DNA from: Acidobacteriota bacterium
Lineage (GTDB): Bacteria > Acidobacteriota > Blastocatellia > Pyrinomonadales > Pyrinomonadaceae
NCBI GenBank assembly: GCA_032159825.1
Contig: JAVHWL010000011.1
Span: 84,003 to 148,002, forward strand
Direction of reading: 5' to 3'
DNA: 64,000 bases
Shown here piece by piece: positions 34,379 through 46,256 of this stretch; the first letter of the stretch is position 1, and every line of letters begins with the position of its first letter. Both the position numbers and the translations under genes were made by a program. The notes under the pieces were generated by a model. The model had not been told where the DNA came from. It made no database searches and saw only the letters and a list, made by a program, of their open reading frames with translations.

Positions 34379-36760
34379 TTATTTCACCTCGAAGAGTTCT
34401 ACTCCGGCGAGTTTCCAACTGCTGCCGACACGTTGAAGAACCAGCACGGCTGTGCCCGCCTGTTCGCGGCCAAACTGTTTCATGTTGATGAAGACATCCG
34501 CCGCCAGGCGATTCGCATCAAGCTGCTCGGTGCGAACAACGCGCGTAGCCCATGCTTCCGGCTGCGTGCCCACGATTCCCGATTTGAATGAGACTAACTC
34601 TCCAGGCAGGATCATAGCGTCAAGCTCTGTTTCCCTCCCGCTCTTGATTGCCTGATCCAGTTGCCCGATAAAGGTTCGCGCCGATTCATCCGGGGCAGGC
34701 GCGGCATTCGCCCCCGTCTCTGCTTTAATGCGACCCAGCCGCGCCGCGAGCCTCGAAGCATACTCTGCATTGGTGCTCAGCGCTTCATTACGCGCGCCGA
34801 GCTTGGAGACAAACTCGGCTTCGGTGCGCACAGCCTCGTTGAAACGGCGAGCGGCTTCGGCAGCCTGCCCTTTTCGCAAGCTGATTTCTCCGAGACCTAT
34901 GTTGCCCCAGGCGAGAGCATTCGGTGTCGGCAACCTGTCATCCAACAGAGCGCGAAACTCTTTTTCTGCTTCGTCCATTTTGTTCTGCGCTAAAACGGAG
35001 CGCGCCAGCAGGATGTGCGCCTCCTGCAAATTGGGCGCGATTGCCAACAACTGGCGCGCAGACGCTTCAGCTCCCGGATAATCCTGCGCGATGAATTTTG
35101 TTGTCGCTTCCGTCAAAGGGTCTCCGGGGAGAACCGGGCGAGGCACAACGTCGTTCGCATAATCAAGCTGCGGGTAAAATTTATCCGCATCAACTTCGAC
35201 GCGGGCAATGCGAGAATTTGTAGTGAACAATGCTTCGCCGAAATTGCGCGCCGGGATGATCTGAGGCGAGGCCAGGCGCTCACCCGTCGCTGTCGTCGCA
35301 ACAACCGTCACTAACGCATCTATCGCGCCCGTGTTGCGCAAGGCGACGGCCCACTGCGCGCCTCTCTGCTGCGGCAATCCAACCAGCAAATCCATGTCGG
35401 TCGGTTGATCCAATTCGTAATCGAGCAGACTCTTCAACGTCGCGCCACCGCGCTCGACAAGCGCAGCGCGCAGCGTGGCGAGAGTCAAGCCCTGCGGGTC
35501 GCGCGCTCCTGCCTGCGAAGACGCACGCAATATATTCAGCAGGCTGTCGGTCCCCAGAGCGCGCTCGACAAGCCGCCAGAGCATGACACCTTTATTCGCA
35601 GTTGAAGTTGAGTAAGTTACGTCGAGCGGGTTGCTCTGCGCGAGCGCCCCGTCCGCTTTAGCAATCGCGGCGTAGGCGACGCGCTCGCGTGTTCTTTCAG
35701 CATCCGCCACCTCGCGGCCAAAGTGCTTCTCGAAAAACAGGGTCGCAAGATACCTGGGCAAACCCTCGCGCAGCACGCCGCCTCCTTCGCCGCGAACAGG
35801 TGTTGCCCCGCCAATCCACATTCGCGCGACCGCTTCGGCAATCGAGAGCGCAGTCACTGCATCAATCTTCGAGCGACGAAACGCCGATACATCCAGAAGG
35901 AGTGTTCCACCTTCGTTGAATCCCGCGCCGCGTTTGACCGCCACGAGCTTGACTGGAACATCGGGCGCTGTGCCGAGCAGCCCTGTGTAGAAAGAGCGCG
36001 CATTAGCTGCGAGCGCGATCAACTCGTCCGCGCGCTTTCGCTCATCTGCGCTTGCGCCTTTAGGCAGAAACGCAGCGATGCCTCTGGCCTCACCTGCGCC
36101 GTCATCTACGTCCCAGACACCTGTTAAGAAAAAGGGCTGGACGCTCAGCATCTGATCGAAACTTGAGCCTGTGCCTCGACCGGATGAGATTACCGTGTCG
36201 CCTCCTGCGCCGCTAACAGACAAACGAAGCGGAGCAACATCCGCGCCCCGCAGAGCATACGGAGCATTCGCCGCCGGATACCAGTAAGAGCGCGGGAGAA
36301 ACTGGCTACCGGCGGAAGAGAGCGCAGCAATAGCTGAGTTTTCTCCGACAGGTAAACGATAATCCACCACCACCGTCACACTCGTTCCGGGAGCAGCGGG
36401 CAACCCTAAGTTAATCGTCACACGTTGCAGCGTCGTGCCTGCGACCCCTTGCTGGCGTGCGCGGCTCTCTTCTCTGGAGGTGAAGGTCGCGGTCGCATCG
36501 TTGACGCTGACCGACTTAATCTCAGCTTTAGGGCTGATTCGCAAACTGAGAGTTGACCCTGCGCCACGTCCGACGTTGCGCGCTGTCAAAACGGCGTGCG
36601 CCGTCAAGACGCGCTCGGTCGGCGGAGCATTGACAGTAATATCAAACTTCGTGACCTGCCAGGCGGCAGTCACAGTGAGATCATCCTGAGCGCGTGCTGG
36701 AGGCGTCGAAGAGATCAAAATGAAGAGAGACAGAAAAAGAAAGCTGCGAATAATTTTCAT
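34379..36760 (-). CDS. Secreted M1-aminopeptidase-like protein lacking the HExxH motif, with C-terminal TPR repeats
   Basis: Has a signal peptide. A GAMEN-like GAGFNEGG is present. The position of HExxH-x18-E reads AEAVARMWIGG...LREGLPRYL. TPR-like helices follow. Confidence 0.6.
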   Translation of the reverse strand: MKIIRSFLFLSLFILISSTPPARAQDDLTVTAAWQVTKFDITVNAPPTERVLTAHAVLTARNVGRGAGSTLSLRISPKAEIKSVSVNDATATFTSREESRARQQGVAGTTLQRVTINLGLPAAPGTSVTVVVDYRLPVGENSAIAALSSAGSQFLPRSYWYPAANAPYALRGADVAPLRLSVSGAGGDTVISSGRGTGSSFDQMLSVQPFFLTGVWDVDDGAGEARGIAAFLPKGASADERKRADELIALAANARSFYTGLLGTAPDVPVKLVAVKRGAGFNEGGTLLLDVSAFRRSKIDAVTALSIAEAVARMWIGGATPVRGEGGGVLREGLPRYLATLFFEKHFGREVADAERTRERVAYAAIAKADGALAQSNPLDVTYSTSTANKGVMLWRLVERALGTDSLLNILRASSQAGARDPQGLTLATLRAALVERGGATLKSLLDYELDQPTDMDLLVGLPQQRGAQWAVALRNTGAIDALVTVVATTATGERLASPQIIPARNFGEALFTTNSRIARVEVDADKFYPQLDYANDVVPRPVLPGDPLTEATTKFIAQDYPGAEASARQLLAIAPNLQEAHILLARSVLAQNKMDEAEKEFRALLDDRLPTPNALAWGNIGLGEISLRKGQAAEAARRFNEAVRTEAEFVSKLGARNEALSTNAEYASRLAARLGRIKAETGANAAPAPDESARTFIGQLDQAIKSGRETELDAMILPGELVSFKSGIVGTQPEAWATRVVRTEQLDANRLAADVFINMKQFGREQAGTAVLVLQRVGSSWKLAGVELFEVK

Positions 36761-36896
36761 AAGCTAGAGATTATTTGATGAAGGGTTTTCACGCAAAGGC
36801 GCAAAGGAAAGCGAAAGGCGCAGAGAATGAATCATCTCCAGCGAGCTTTGCGGTTCTTTGCGTCCCGGCGTGACCTGCTATTTGTCGTTCTCAAAA

Positions 36897-37799
36897 TTAA
36901 CGTGTGCCCGGCTGTGCGTTGCGACCGACAAGCTCATGTATATCGCGCAGCATCTTCAACAATGCCCCGAAACGCTCAAGCGGAAGCATGTTCGGCCCAT
37001 CCGACGGGGCGACTTCCGGGTGGTCATGCACTTCCATGAAAACAGCATCAACGCCGCAGGCGACTCCGGCACGCGCGAGCGGTTCGATGTACTCAGGAGA
37101 GCCGCCCGTTGCATGGCCCAACCCGCCCGGCAGTTGCAGCGAGTGCGTCACGTCGAAGACTACGGGCGCGCCAAACTCGCGCATGATCGGGAATGAGCGC
37201 ATGTCAACGACCAGATTGTTGTAGCCGAAACTGACGCCGCGCTCCGTCAACAAAATTTTCCGGCAGCCAGCGGCTCTCACCTTCTCGACGATGTTGCGCG
37301 CATCCTGTGGCGCGAGAAACTGCCCCTTCTTGACGTTGACCACACGGCCAGAGCGCGCCGCCGCCGTAATCAGATCGGTCTGCCTGGAAAGAAACGCGGG
37401 GATTTGCAGAATATCTGCGACTTCAGCCACAGCCTCAATCTGTGAAATGTCGTGGACATCCGTCAACACGGGAACACCGACCTCTTCCTTCACACGCCGC
37501 AGTACGTCCAGCCCTGCCCCAAGCCCGTGACCGCGAAAACTTTTGACTGACGAGCGATTGGCTTTATCGAAAGACGACTTGTAAACAAAATCAAGCCCGG
37601 CATCACGCGCACGCTCTGCGCACTCGCGCGCCATCATCAAAGCATGCTCGGCTGATTCGATGACGCACGGCCCGGCAATAATCGTCAAACGTCCATCGCC
37701 AAAAGTGGCGTTGCCGACTGTGAATGTTTCTCTCTGCAAATTCCCTCTTCCCGCATCCATCATACGTTTGTCGAGATATGAAGACCAATGACGCTTCAA
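36897..37799 (-). CDS. kdsA: 3-deoxy-8-phosphooctulonate (KDO8P) synthase
   Basis: Contains [23 protein letters not shown] and [12 protein letters not shown]. The true start may be the internal Met at about 37763. Confidence 0.9.
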   Translation of the reverse strand: MKRHWSSYLDKRMMDAGRGNLQRETFTVGNATFGDGRLTIIAGPCVIESAEHALMMARECAERARDAGLDFVYKSSFDKANRSSVKSFRGHGLGAGLDVLRRVKEEVGVPVLTDVHDISQIEAVAEVADILQIPAFLSRQTDLITAAARSGRVVNVKKGQFLAPQDARNIVEKVRAAGCRKILLTERGVSFGYNNLVVDMRSFPIMREFGAPVVFDVTHSLQLPGGLGHATGGSPEYIEPLARAGVACGVDAVFMEVHDHPEVAPSDGPNMLPLERFGALLKMLRDIHELVGRNAQPGTR

Positions 37800-37817
37800 A
37801 TTATTTCCGAAGACAAA

Positions 37818-39446
37818 CTACTCGAAAGGGTTCTTAAAAATCTTATTGAAAATACGCTTGATCTTCGACTCCTTCTTCGGCGGTTGAATATTAACTGCTC
37901 TGCGCGGCTCTCTTGCGCCGCGCGCACCCTGACGCCTTGAACTGCCATCCTTACCTTCATCTATCAAAAGCGGCGCTCCGCCTTCTTTCGCCCTGAAGAC
38001 AGCCATACTACTCAACGCCTCGCTATTGCTCGCGGCCAGGATTTTTCCGTCCGAGCGTGTTGCTAGAAACGCGATAGAGAGAACCAGCAACAGAAGCGTC
38101 GTCATCGAGATTAAAAGAATGCGGATCGGGCGCGTCAGCCATTTGAACCAGGACTGTTTCTTCTCGAAGAAGACTCTGAAGCGAGCGATGGCGGGCGGGC
38201 GTTGCGGAATGAAGACCGGAGCAGGGTAAGAGACAACGCCAGCAGTAGGAACGGCTGCGACCGGAGACGTGTTGTTACCATTTCCTGCGTTCTGCCATCC
38301 TCCCTCAACAGCCGGAGGCGCTGTGGCAGCGGACGCTTGAGCGGCGACCGATGCCGCACGACTCTCACGCAATCTTTCGATGTCTATCACGAGGCGTCCA
38401 GATGGTGTTTCCGTTCCCGCGTTGCGAAGCGACTCAAGCGACGGCGCGCTGATGCTCGCTGCGTGTTCAAGTCCGAGACGTTCTGCGACCCCGTAGAGTT
38501 CGATGCGAAAGGCGTTCGCATCCTGGGGCCTGTTTTCCGGTCTCTTCTCAAGCGCGTGCAGCACTATCTCTTCAATGGCAGCCGGAATCGTTGCGACAAA
38601 TTCGCGCGGGCTGCGCGGGGGCGTCGAAGAATGCTTGACGGCAATGGCAAGCGGCGAAGTGCCGTTGAAAGGTGTCGTGCCTGCCAGCATCTCGTAAAGA
38701 ATGATGCCGAGGCTATAGACATCTGAAGCGGGCGTTAGTTTCGCACCGTCGCACTGCTCCGGCGACATGTAGCGCGGCGTGCCGATCATCGCGCCAACCT
38801 GGGTCAAAGTGTTCGTATCGTCGTCGTCCAAAGCATCTGCGGCGAGTTTGGCGATTCCGAAGTCGAGCACTTTGATATAGGGCGGCGCATCCTTGCGCTG
38901 AACAACGAAGATGTTCGCGGGCTTGAGATCACGATGGATGACGCCCGCATCGTGCGCTGCGCCGACCGCCGCAGCGGTTTGCAACATCATCGAGACAGCG
39001 CGAGCCGTGTCGAGCGGAGCTTCATGCGCGAGCACATCACGGAGCGTTCGTCCTTCCAAAAGCTCCATCACGATATAGACGAAGCCGTCTGACGTGCGAC
39101 CGAAATCCGTAACCGTGACCGCGTTCGTGTGCTGAATGCGCCCGGCGGCACGCGCCTCACGTCGAAAACGCACCTGCGCCGCTTCGTCTTCCACGTAGCG
39201 CGGGTTGAGCAACTTGATGGCGACGGGACGATCAATCAAAAGATGCGTCGCGCGGTAAACAGTCCCCATGCCTCCTGTTCCCAGGCGCTCATCCAGCCTG
39301 TACTTCTCGTCCAGCGTGCGCCCGATCAAAGGATCAGCGGGACCGGCAATCGCCACCGTTGGGTCAGCCTGCAAGAGCGTGCCGTCCTCCGGGCAGACTC
39401 TCACCTCCTCGGCGAAGTCCTGACCGCATGTGGGACAGTGCAGCAT
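37818..39446 (-). CDS. Ser/Thr protein kinase with an N-terminal zinc ribbon and a C-terminal TM segment
   Basis: Begins MLHCPTCG...CPEDG, then HRDLKPANI, DFGIAK and GTPRYMSPEQ. Start taken at ATG 39446. Confidence 0.85.
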   Translation of the reverse strand: MLHCPTCGQDFAEEVRVCPEDGTLLQADPTVAIAGPADPLIGRTLDEKYRLDERLGTGGMGTVYRATHLLIDRPVAIKLLNPRYVEDEAAQVRFRREARAAGRIQHTNAVTVTDFGRTSDGFVYIVMELLEGRTLRDVLAHEAPLDTARAVSMMLQTAAAVGAAHDAGVIHRDLKPANIFVVQRKDAPPYIKVLDFGIAKLAADALDDDDTNTLTQVGAMIGTPRYMSPEQCDGAKLTPASDVYSLGIILYEMLAGTTPFNGTSPLAIAVKHSSTPPRSPREFVATIPAAIEEIVLHALEKRPENRPQDANAFRIELYGVAERLGLEHAASISAPSLESLRNAGTETPSGRLVIDIERLRESRAASVAAQASAATAPPAVEGGWQNAGNGNNTSPVAAVPTAGVVSYPAPVFIPQRPPAIARFRVFFEKKQSWFKWLTRPIRILLISMTTLLLLVLSIAFLATRSDGKILAASNSEALSSMAVFRAKEGGAPLLIDEGKDGSSRRQGARGAREPRRAVNIQPPKKESKIKRIFNKIFKNPFE

Positions 39447-39452
39447 AACTAG

Positions 39453-39524
39453 AGTGACAAGTGACAAGTGACGAGTGACAAGCAAGAATTCTATCTCGTC
39501 ACTCGTCACTTGTCACTTGTCACT
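39453..39524. repeat. Heptad-arm hairpin, GTGACRA family
   Basis: Left arm agtgacaagtgacaagtgacgagtgacaag pairs with right arm ctcgtcactcgtcacttgtcacttgtcact. Confidence 0.8.
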
Positions 39525-39528
39525 GCTT

Positions 39529-41326
<1,798 letters not shown>

Positions 41327-41347
<21 letters not shown>

Positions 41348-41602
41348 ATCTTTGTCGTCTCCAGATTCCTGTTCGCCGTCGAGATAGCCCTGGCGAAAAT
41401 CCTCTCGCGCGATGGCTGCTTTCTCCACCGCAGGGTCGAGAATCTTTTGCAGTCCCATCACTCCCGCGCTGAGCATTCCCTGATTCTCATGGGCGCGCTT
41501 TTCAAACTCTTCGACCGTCAGAGGCTTCGTAGGCCGCGTCAACAGATACAGCCCGCCGAAGACGAGCAGAAGGATAAAACCTAAGCCGATTAAGTCTTTC
41601 AT
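41327..41602 (-). CDS. Small membrane protein, hypothetical
   Basis: 91 aa with an N-terminal TM segment (LIGLGFILLLVFGGLYLL). The last codons (NEKLKV) lie within the hairpin arm. Confidence 0.45.
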
Positions 41603-41619
41603 TGTGTCCTCAATCGTCT

Positions 41620-41685
41620 GTTCGTGAATCGTGAATAGATGAACCCGTTCGACGATTTACGATTCACGATTCACGATTCACGAAC
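41620..41685. repeat. Heptad-arm hairpin, CGTGAAT family
   Basis: Left arm gttcgtgaatcgtgaatag pairs with right arm cgatttacgattcacgattcacgattcacgaac. It contains the kdsB stop codon. Confidence 0.75.
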
Positions 41686-42478
41686 TAATAATCTTTCGCA
41701 CTCGCTCAAGGTCTTGCTCCGTGTCAACGCCTATCGAATGCGAGTCGGCTTCGATGACTTTGATTGTCACGCCGCGTTCAAGCGCGCGGAGTTGTTCGAG
41801 CGACTCGGCGCGCTCAAGCTCGGATTGCGGCCACCCTGTGTATTCTAGCAAAAAGGCGCGACGGTAAACATAAAGCCCCGTGTGCTTGCGAAAGTGCGCG
41901 AGCAGGCCGGGATCAATTTCGAGCGCCGCGTGAAGCGTTCCATACCTTTGCACGGCATCGCGCGGAAAAGGAATTGGCGACCGAGAGAAATAGAGGGCAC
42001 GCCCACCAGCGCCCGTAACCACCTTGACGACATCTGCGCTCACAACGTCAGCCACATTCGTGATCGCCTCTGACGTAGTCACAATCTGCGCGTTATCGTC
42101 TCTCAACAATTCGTCCACCGCGCGCTCAATCGTCAAGGGCGAAATCAACGGCTCATCGCCCTGCAAGTTAACAATCACGTCCGCCCCATCGAGCGTGGCT
42201 GCAACTTCGGCCAGCCGGTCGCTGCCGCTTATATGATCGCCACGAGTCATCTGGGCTTCATACCCGGCAGACTTCACGGCCTGGAGAATCCTCTCGTCGT
42301 CTGTCGCCACAATTGCGCGTGTGACGTTGCGGGCAGCTAGAGCGCGTTCCAGCACATGCAGAATCATGGGCCGTCCTGCAATTTCAAGCAGGGGTTTACC
42401 TGGCAATCGAGTCGAAGCGTAGCGTGCGGGGATGATGGCGACGGCGCGTTGTTGAGGGGTTGAAGCCGTGTGATTCAC
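41678..42478 (-). CDS. kdsB: 3-deoxy-manno-octulosonate cytidylyltransferase (CMP-KDO synthetase)
   Basis: Contains AIIPARYASTRLPGKPL and NLQGDEPL. Confidence 0.9.
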   Translation of the reverse strand: MNHTASTPQQRAVAIIPARYASTRLPGKPLLEIAGRPMILHVLERALAARNVTRAIVATDDERILQAVKSAGYEAQMTRGDHISGSDRLAEVAATLDGADVIVNLQGDEPLISPLTIERAVDELLRDDNAQIVTTSEAITNVADVVSADVVKVVTGAGGRALYFSRSPIPFPRDAVQRYGTLHAALEIDPGLLAHFRKHTGLYVYRRAFLLEYTGWPQSELERAESLEQLRALERGVTIKVIEADSHSIGVDTEQDLERVRKIISS

Positions 42479-42510
42479 GGGACAGCAAGATAACTCCCCG
42501 CATCAAGTAA

Positions 42511-42617
42511 GTCAAAAGAAAACGAGTGGATCGAAAATCGTGAATCGTGAATCGTGAACAGAGGAAACCGGTTTCCTCTATTCACGATTCACGATTCACG
42601 ACCTATTTGCTTTTGAC
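42511..42617. repeat. Long near-loopless palindrome, CGTGAAT family, in the divergent kdsB/cysK-like intergenic region
   Basis: Reads gtcaaaag...aatcgtgaatcgtgaatcgtgaacagaggaaacc | ggtttcctctattcacgattcacgattcacgacc...cttttgac. Confidence 0.8.
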
Positions 42618-42710
42618 TTTCATTCCTCTTGCGGGCTACCATGCCTGTTCCGAAATAGCCAGGGTTTGATGCTCTTTTTATCTGTTATTCTTGCTGGTAA
42701 GAAAACACGA

Positions 42711-43637
42711 ATGCCGACGGGTACGACCGAGAACATTATTGAGCTTGTTGGTAACACTCCGCTGCTTCACCTCGCGCGTTTTGCCAGACCGCCACTCGCG
42801 GATATTTACGCTAAACTCGAATATGTCAATCCGGGTGGAAGTGTGAAAGACCGCGCCGCGCTTGGGATGATTCTCGATGCTGAACAACGCGGAGACCTGC
42901 ATCCAGGCTCGACCATCATCGAGCCGACCGCCGGGAATACAGGGATAGGGCTGGCGCTCATTGGCATCGCGCGTGGGTATCGCGTTATTCTTTGCGTTCC
43001 AGAAGGCTACTCGCGCGAGAAGATGAAGATTATGGAAGCTCTGGGCGGCACAATCGAGTACGTCACCGAAGAGGAAGGAATGCAGGGAGCTATCGAGCGA
43101 GCGCGTGAACTCGCTGCCGAGATTAAAGACAGTTTCATCCCGCAGCAGTTTGAGAATCCTGCTAATCCATGTTTCCATGAAAAGACGACCGCGCAAGAGA
43201 TCATCAAGCAGATGGAAGGACGCATTGACGCTCTCGTCATCGGCGCTGGCACAGCCGGGACATTTACAGGCGTCGCCCGCGCCGTCAAGAAGGTCAAGCA
43301 GGATGTGTTTTGCGTACTCGTCGAACCGGAAGGCTCGATCATAGGCGGCGGCCCGCCTGGAACGCATAAGGTCGAAGGAATCGGCCAGGCGCAGTTTATA
43401 CCGAAGAACTGCGAGCTTAAACTTGCCGATGAAGTTATGATGATTACCGACAAAGAAGCTTTCGCAACCGTCCGCAAATTAGCGGAGACCGAAGGCGTGC
43501 TCGGCGGAGGCTCATCCGGCGCAGCCGCTGCCGCTGCCTACCGCATCGCCGAACGACTCGGTAGCGGCAAACGTATTGTCACACTCTTTCCCGACGGCGC
43601 AGAACGTTACATGAGCCAGGGAATATTTGACCAGTGA
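42711..43637 (+). CDS. PLP-dependent cysteine synthase / cystathionine beta-synthase family protein
   Basis: Contains GNTPLLHL, NPGGSVKDRAA and GTAGT. Start taken at ATG 42711. It is adjacent to cystathionine gamma-lyase, a MccA/MccB-like pairing. Confidence 0.85.
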   Translation: MPTGTTENIIELVGNTPLLHLARFARPPLADIYAKLEYVNPGGSVKDRAALGMILDAEQRGDLHPGSTIIEPTAGNTGIGLALIGIARGYRVILCVPEGYSREKMKIMEALGGTIEYVTEEEGMQGAIERARELAAEIKDSFIPQQFENPANPCFHEKTTAQEIIKQMEGRIDALVIGAGTAGTFTGVARAVKKVKQDVFCVLVEPEGSIIGGGPPGTHKVEGIGQAQFIPKNCELKLADEVMMITDKEAFATVRKLAETEGVLGGGSSGAAAAAAYRIAERLGSGKRIVTLFPDGAERYMSQGIFDQ

Positions 43638-43708
43638 TAAGTGATAAGTGATAAGTGACGAGTTAATAATCACTCTTTCTTATCACTTATCACTCATCAC
43701 TTATCACT
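43632..43708. repeat. Heptad-arm hairpin, GTGATAA family
   Basis: Left arm cagtgataagtgataagtgataagtgacgag pairs with right arm tcttatcacttatcactcatcacttatcact. It contains the upstream stop codon. Confidence 0.8.
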
Positions 43709-43714
43709 AACATT

Positions 43715-44854
43715 ATGGGATTCTCAACAACAGCCGTACATGGAGGACAGGAGGCCGACCCGACGACTGGCTCGGTCACTGTTCCGATTTATCAAACGTC
43801 AACCTACGAGCAGGATGGACTCGGAAAGCACAAGGGTTATGAGTACGCGCGAACGCAGAACCCGACCAGGGCTGCGCTTGAGCGCAACATCGCCGCACTC
43901 GAAGGCGCACGCTTCGGCTATGCTTTCGCTTCCGGGATGGCTGCCATTGATGCCACGCTCAGGCTCATCAAGGCGGGCGAGCATGTCATCGTCTCGGATA
44001 ACACCTACGGCGGCACGTTTCGTCTCTTCACGCGCATCCTGGCGAATTACAATATCGAGTTCGACTTTGTAGACACTTCGGACATCACCAATGTCGAGGC
44101 GGCGATTAAAGAGAACACGAAAATGGTCTTTCTCGAAACGCCCACCAACCCCGTGATGATCGTCACAGACCTTCAGGCCGTCTCGGATTTAGCGCACGCG
44201 GCGGGCGCTCGCGTGGTTTGCGACAACACTTTCATGTCGCCTTACCTGCAACGCCCGCTCGAATTTGGTGTTGACATTGTGGTGCATTCCACGACTAAAT
44301 ACTTGAACGGGCATTCGGACGGGATAGGCGGCATCGTTGTTCTGAACGATGAAGAGGATGCCAACTGGATTGGTTTCGTGCAAAATAGCGTCGGCGCGAT
44401 TCTGTCGCCGTTCGATTCATGGCTGGTGCTGCGCGGCACAAAGACGCTGGCGCTGAGGATGGAGCAGCACGACCGCTCCGGGCGCGCGGTGGCGGCATTT
44501 CTAGAAGAGCACCCGAAAGTGCAGAAGATTTATTATCCGGGGTCGCTTTCGCATCGCCAGCACGATCTGGCAAAGCGCCAGCAAAAAGGTTTCGGCGGGA
44601 TGGTGGCTTTTGATGTTGGCTCGCTTGAGGCTGCGCGCACCGTGCTAGAATCTGTTAAGCTATGCACACTCGCTGAGAGCCTGGGCGGTGTGGAAACATT
44701 GATCTCGCACCCGGCCACGATGACGCACGCTTCCGTGCTTGAGGAAACACGCACGCGGCTCGGCATCACAGACGGCCTCGTGCGTATCTCGGTCGGGATC
44801 GAAGATACAGACGATATTATTGCGGACTTGGATCAAGCGCTGAAAAAAGTTTAG
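43715..44854 (+). CDS. Cystathionine gamma-lyase / gamma-synthase family PLP enzyme
   Basis: Contains TGSVTVPIYQTSTY, HSTTKYLNGHSD (PLP lysine) and ESLGGVETLISHPA. Confidence 0.9.
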   Translation: MGFSTTAVHGGQEADPTTGSVTVPIYQTSTYEQDGLGKHKGYEYARTQNPTRAALERNIAALEGARFGYAFASGMAAIDATLRLIKAGEHVIVSDNTYGGTFRLFTRILANYNIEFDFVDTSDITNVEAAIKENTKMVFLETPTNPVMIVTDLQAVSDLAHAAGARVVCDNTFMSPYLQRPLEFGVDIVVHSTTKYLNGHSDGIGGIVVLNDEEDANWIGFVQNSVGAILSPFDSWLVLRGTKTLALRMEQHDRSGRAVAAFLEEHPKVQKIYYPGSLSHRQHDLAKRQQKGFGGMVAFDVGSLEAARTVLESVKLCTLAESLGGVETLISHPATMTHASVLEETRTRLGITDGLVRISVGIEDTDDIIADLDQALKKV

Positions 44855-44932
44855 TGATAAGTGATAGGTGATAAGTGATAAGTAAAAGCTTTTCACCCAT
44901 CACCTATCACTTATCACTTATCACTTATCACT
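44853..44932. repeat. Heptad-arm hairpin, GTGATAA family
   Basis: Left arm agtgataagtgataggtgataagtgataagtaaaag pairs with right arm cttttcacccatcacctatcacttatcacttatcacttatcact. It is a close paralogue of 59158-59233. Confidence 0.8.
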
Positions 44933-44936
44933 CTCT

Positions 44937-45872
44937 ATGAACATTGAGCTTCACGCAAAATCCGACGTTGGTCGTGTACGGCGTGGGAACGAGGACAACT
45001 TCCTCATCCTCGATCTGACGGCAGGACGAGCATGGACGGGCACGCAAGGCTCGGAATCTCCTGAAGAGCTGCACCGCTTTGATCTTGGGGAGAAGGGTCT
45101 GGTGCTGGTCGTCTCAGACGGGATGGGCGGCGCGCTCGCAGGCGATGTGGCGAGCCGCATGGCCGTCGAGACCGTCCGCGAAATGCTCATCGAGACTGAC
45201 GCTGAAGAACAAGCGCCAGGGGCCGACGGGGATAAATCCCTGGTTGATTTCCTTCGTCACGCCACAGTCTATGCCAACCTTGCGATTCATCACCGCAGCC
45301 AGGAAGACACGCGCTGCGCCGGTATGGGCGCGACATTTACGGGGGCAGCAATCAAGGATGATATGCTGGACCTTGTTCAAGTCGGCGACAGCCGCGCGTA
45401 TGTTATGCGCGGCGAGCAGATCAAGCTTGCGACGAAAGATCAATCGCTCGTCCAGCAACTCGTAGATGTCGGACAGATCAGTGAAGCTGAAGCCGAAACG
45501 CACATGTTTCGCAACGTGATCCTTCAAGCCCTCGGCGCGCAGAGTGAGCTAACCCCGGTTACAGGGAGGTTGCGCCTTCGACGTGGCGACATTCTGTTGT
45601 TGTGCAGCGACGGGCTATCCGGCAAGCTTCGCGCGGAAGATATGCGCCGAATCATCGAAGACGCTAAAGGCGATCTGGCAGCAGCCAGCAACGCCCTGAT
45701 TGATGAAGCTAACGAGCGCGGCGGGGAAGATAATATTACGGTCGTGCTGGCACGTTTCACCGGCGATAATCTTCAAGAGCCTGCATCCGACAGAATCACA
45801 ATCGAGTTGCCGCCGATGGAAGAAGACGCCACGCTCGGCGACACAGAACCTCCGACAGAACCCAATCCTTAA
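44937..45872 (+). CDS. PP2C-family Ser/Thr phosphatase
   Basis: Contains RRGNEDNF, VSDGMGG, CSDGL and GGEDNITVV. Confidence 0.85.
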   Translation: MNIELHAKSDVGRVRRGNEDNFLILDLTAGRAWTGTQGSESPEELHRFDLGEKGLVLVVSDGMGGALAGDVASRMAVETVREMLIETDAEEQAPGADGDKSLVDFLRHATVYANLAIHHRSQEDTRCAGMGATFTGAAIKDDMLDLVQVGDSRAYVMRGEQIKLATKDQSLVQQLVDVGQISEAEAETHMFRNVILQALGAQSELTPVTGRLRLRRGDILLLCSDGLSGKLRAEDMRRIIEDAKGDLAAASNALIDEANERGGEDNITVVLARFTGDNLQEPASDRITIELPPMEEDATLGDTEPPTEPNP

Positions 45873-46256
45873 AAGTATCAACGGTCTCTTCAGAGAAATT
45901 ATTGACAAGCGTGTGCTTTGGTCAGTAACATCCGCCCCGTCTCCAAAAAGTTGAATGCCGGACACGGAGATTCTCTTTTTTGCCCCTCTTGGCATCTTTG
46001 CGACTTTGAACTTATTTCAGCCGAAATCACACAGGGCAAAATCTAATATGCGGATGCGTCTGTCTTCCGGTCACATCGCAGTTGATTAAATCAATCTCAA
46101 AGGTAAAGCCATTTCAACCCTCGGAGATGAATTAGCCGGTTCCTAAGATTTGTAATTATCAATGGGTCGCTTCCCAACCCTTCAACCCCAGAGCGCACGG
46201 CTCGGGATGACGAATACGCAGAGACGTGCGAAAAAGATGAGGAGAAATTGCACACC

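Noticed and set aside
39447-39509. N-terminal ORF-track extensions such as [19 protein letters not shown] (kinase). Others are MMNDELKSNGLSLIHHSSF (receiver, 33731-33820), MIRKSVFSLITHHLLLITSF (HD protein, 49476-49535), 30372-30443 (UbiD), 23377-23433 (GT2) and 55864-55911 (NtrC).
   Set aside because: These residues are simply translations of heptad hairpin arms. Conserved family N-termini with good RBSs start at internal Met, GTG or TTG codons just downstream of the repeats.
43632-44932. The tandem short repeats might be CRISPR arrays.
   Set aside because: The period is 7 nt with no spacers, the arms are inverted copies forming hairpins, and no cas genes are present.
45902-45981. Possible small RNA downstream of the PP2C gene, with TTGACA-18-TAACAT followed by a short stem and a T-run.
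   Set aside because: The stem is only about 6 bp with a roughly 21-nt loop. The T-run is more simply a weak terminator for the upstream operon. The evidence is too thin without expression data.
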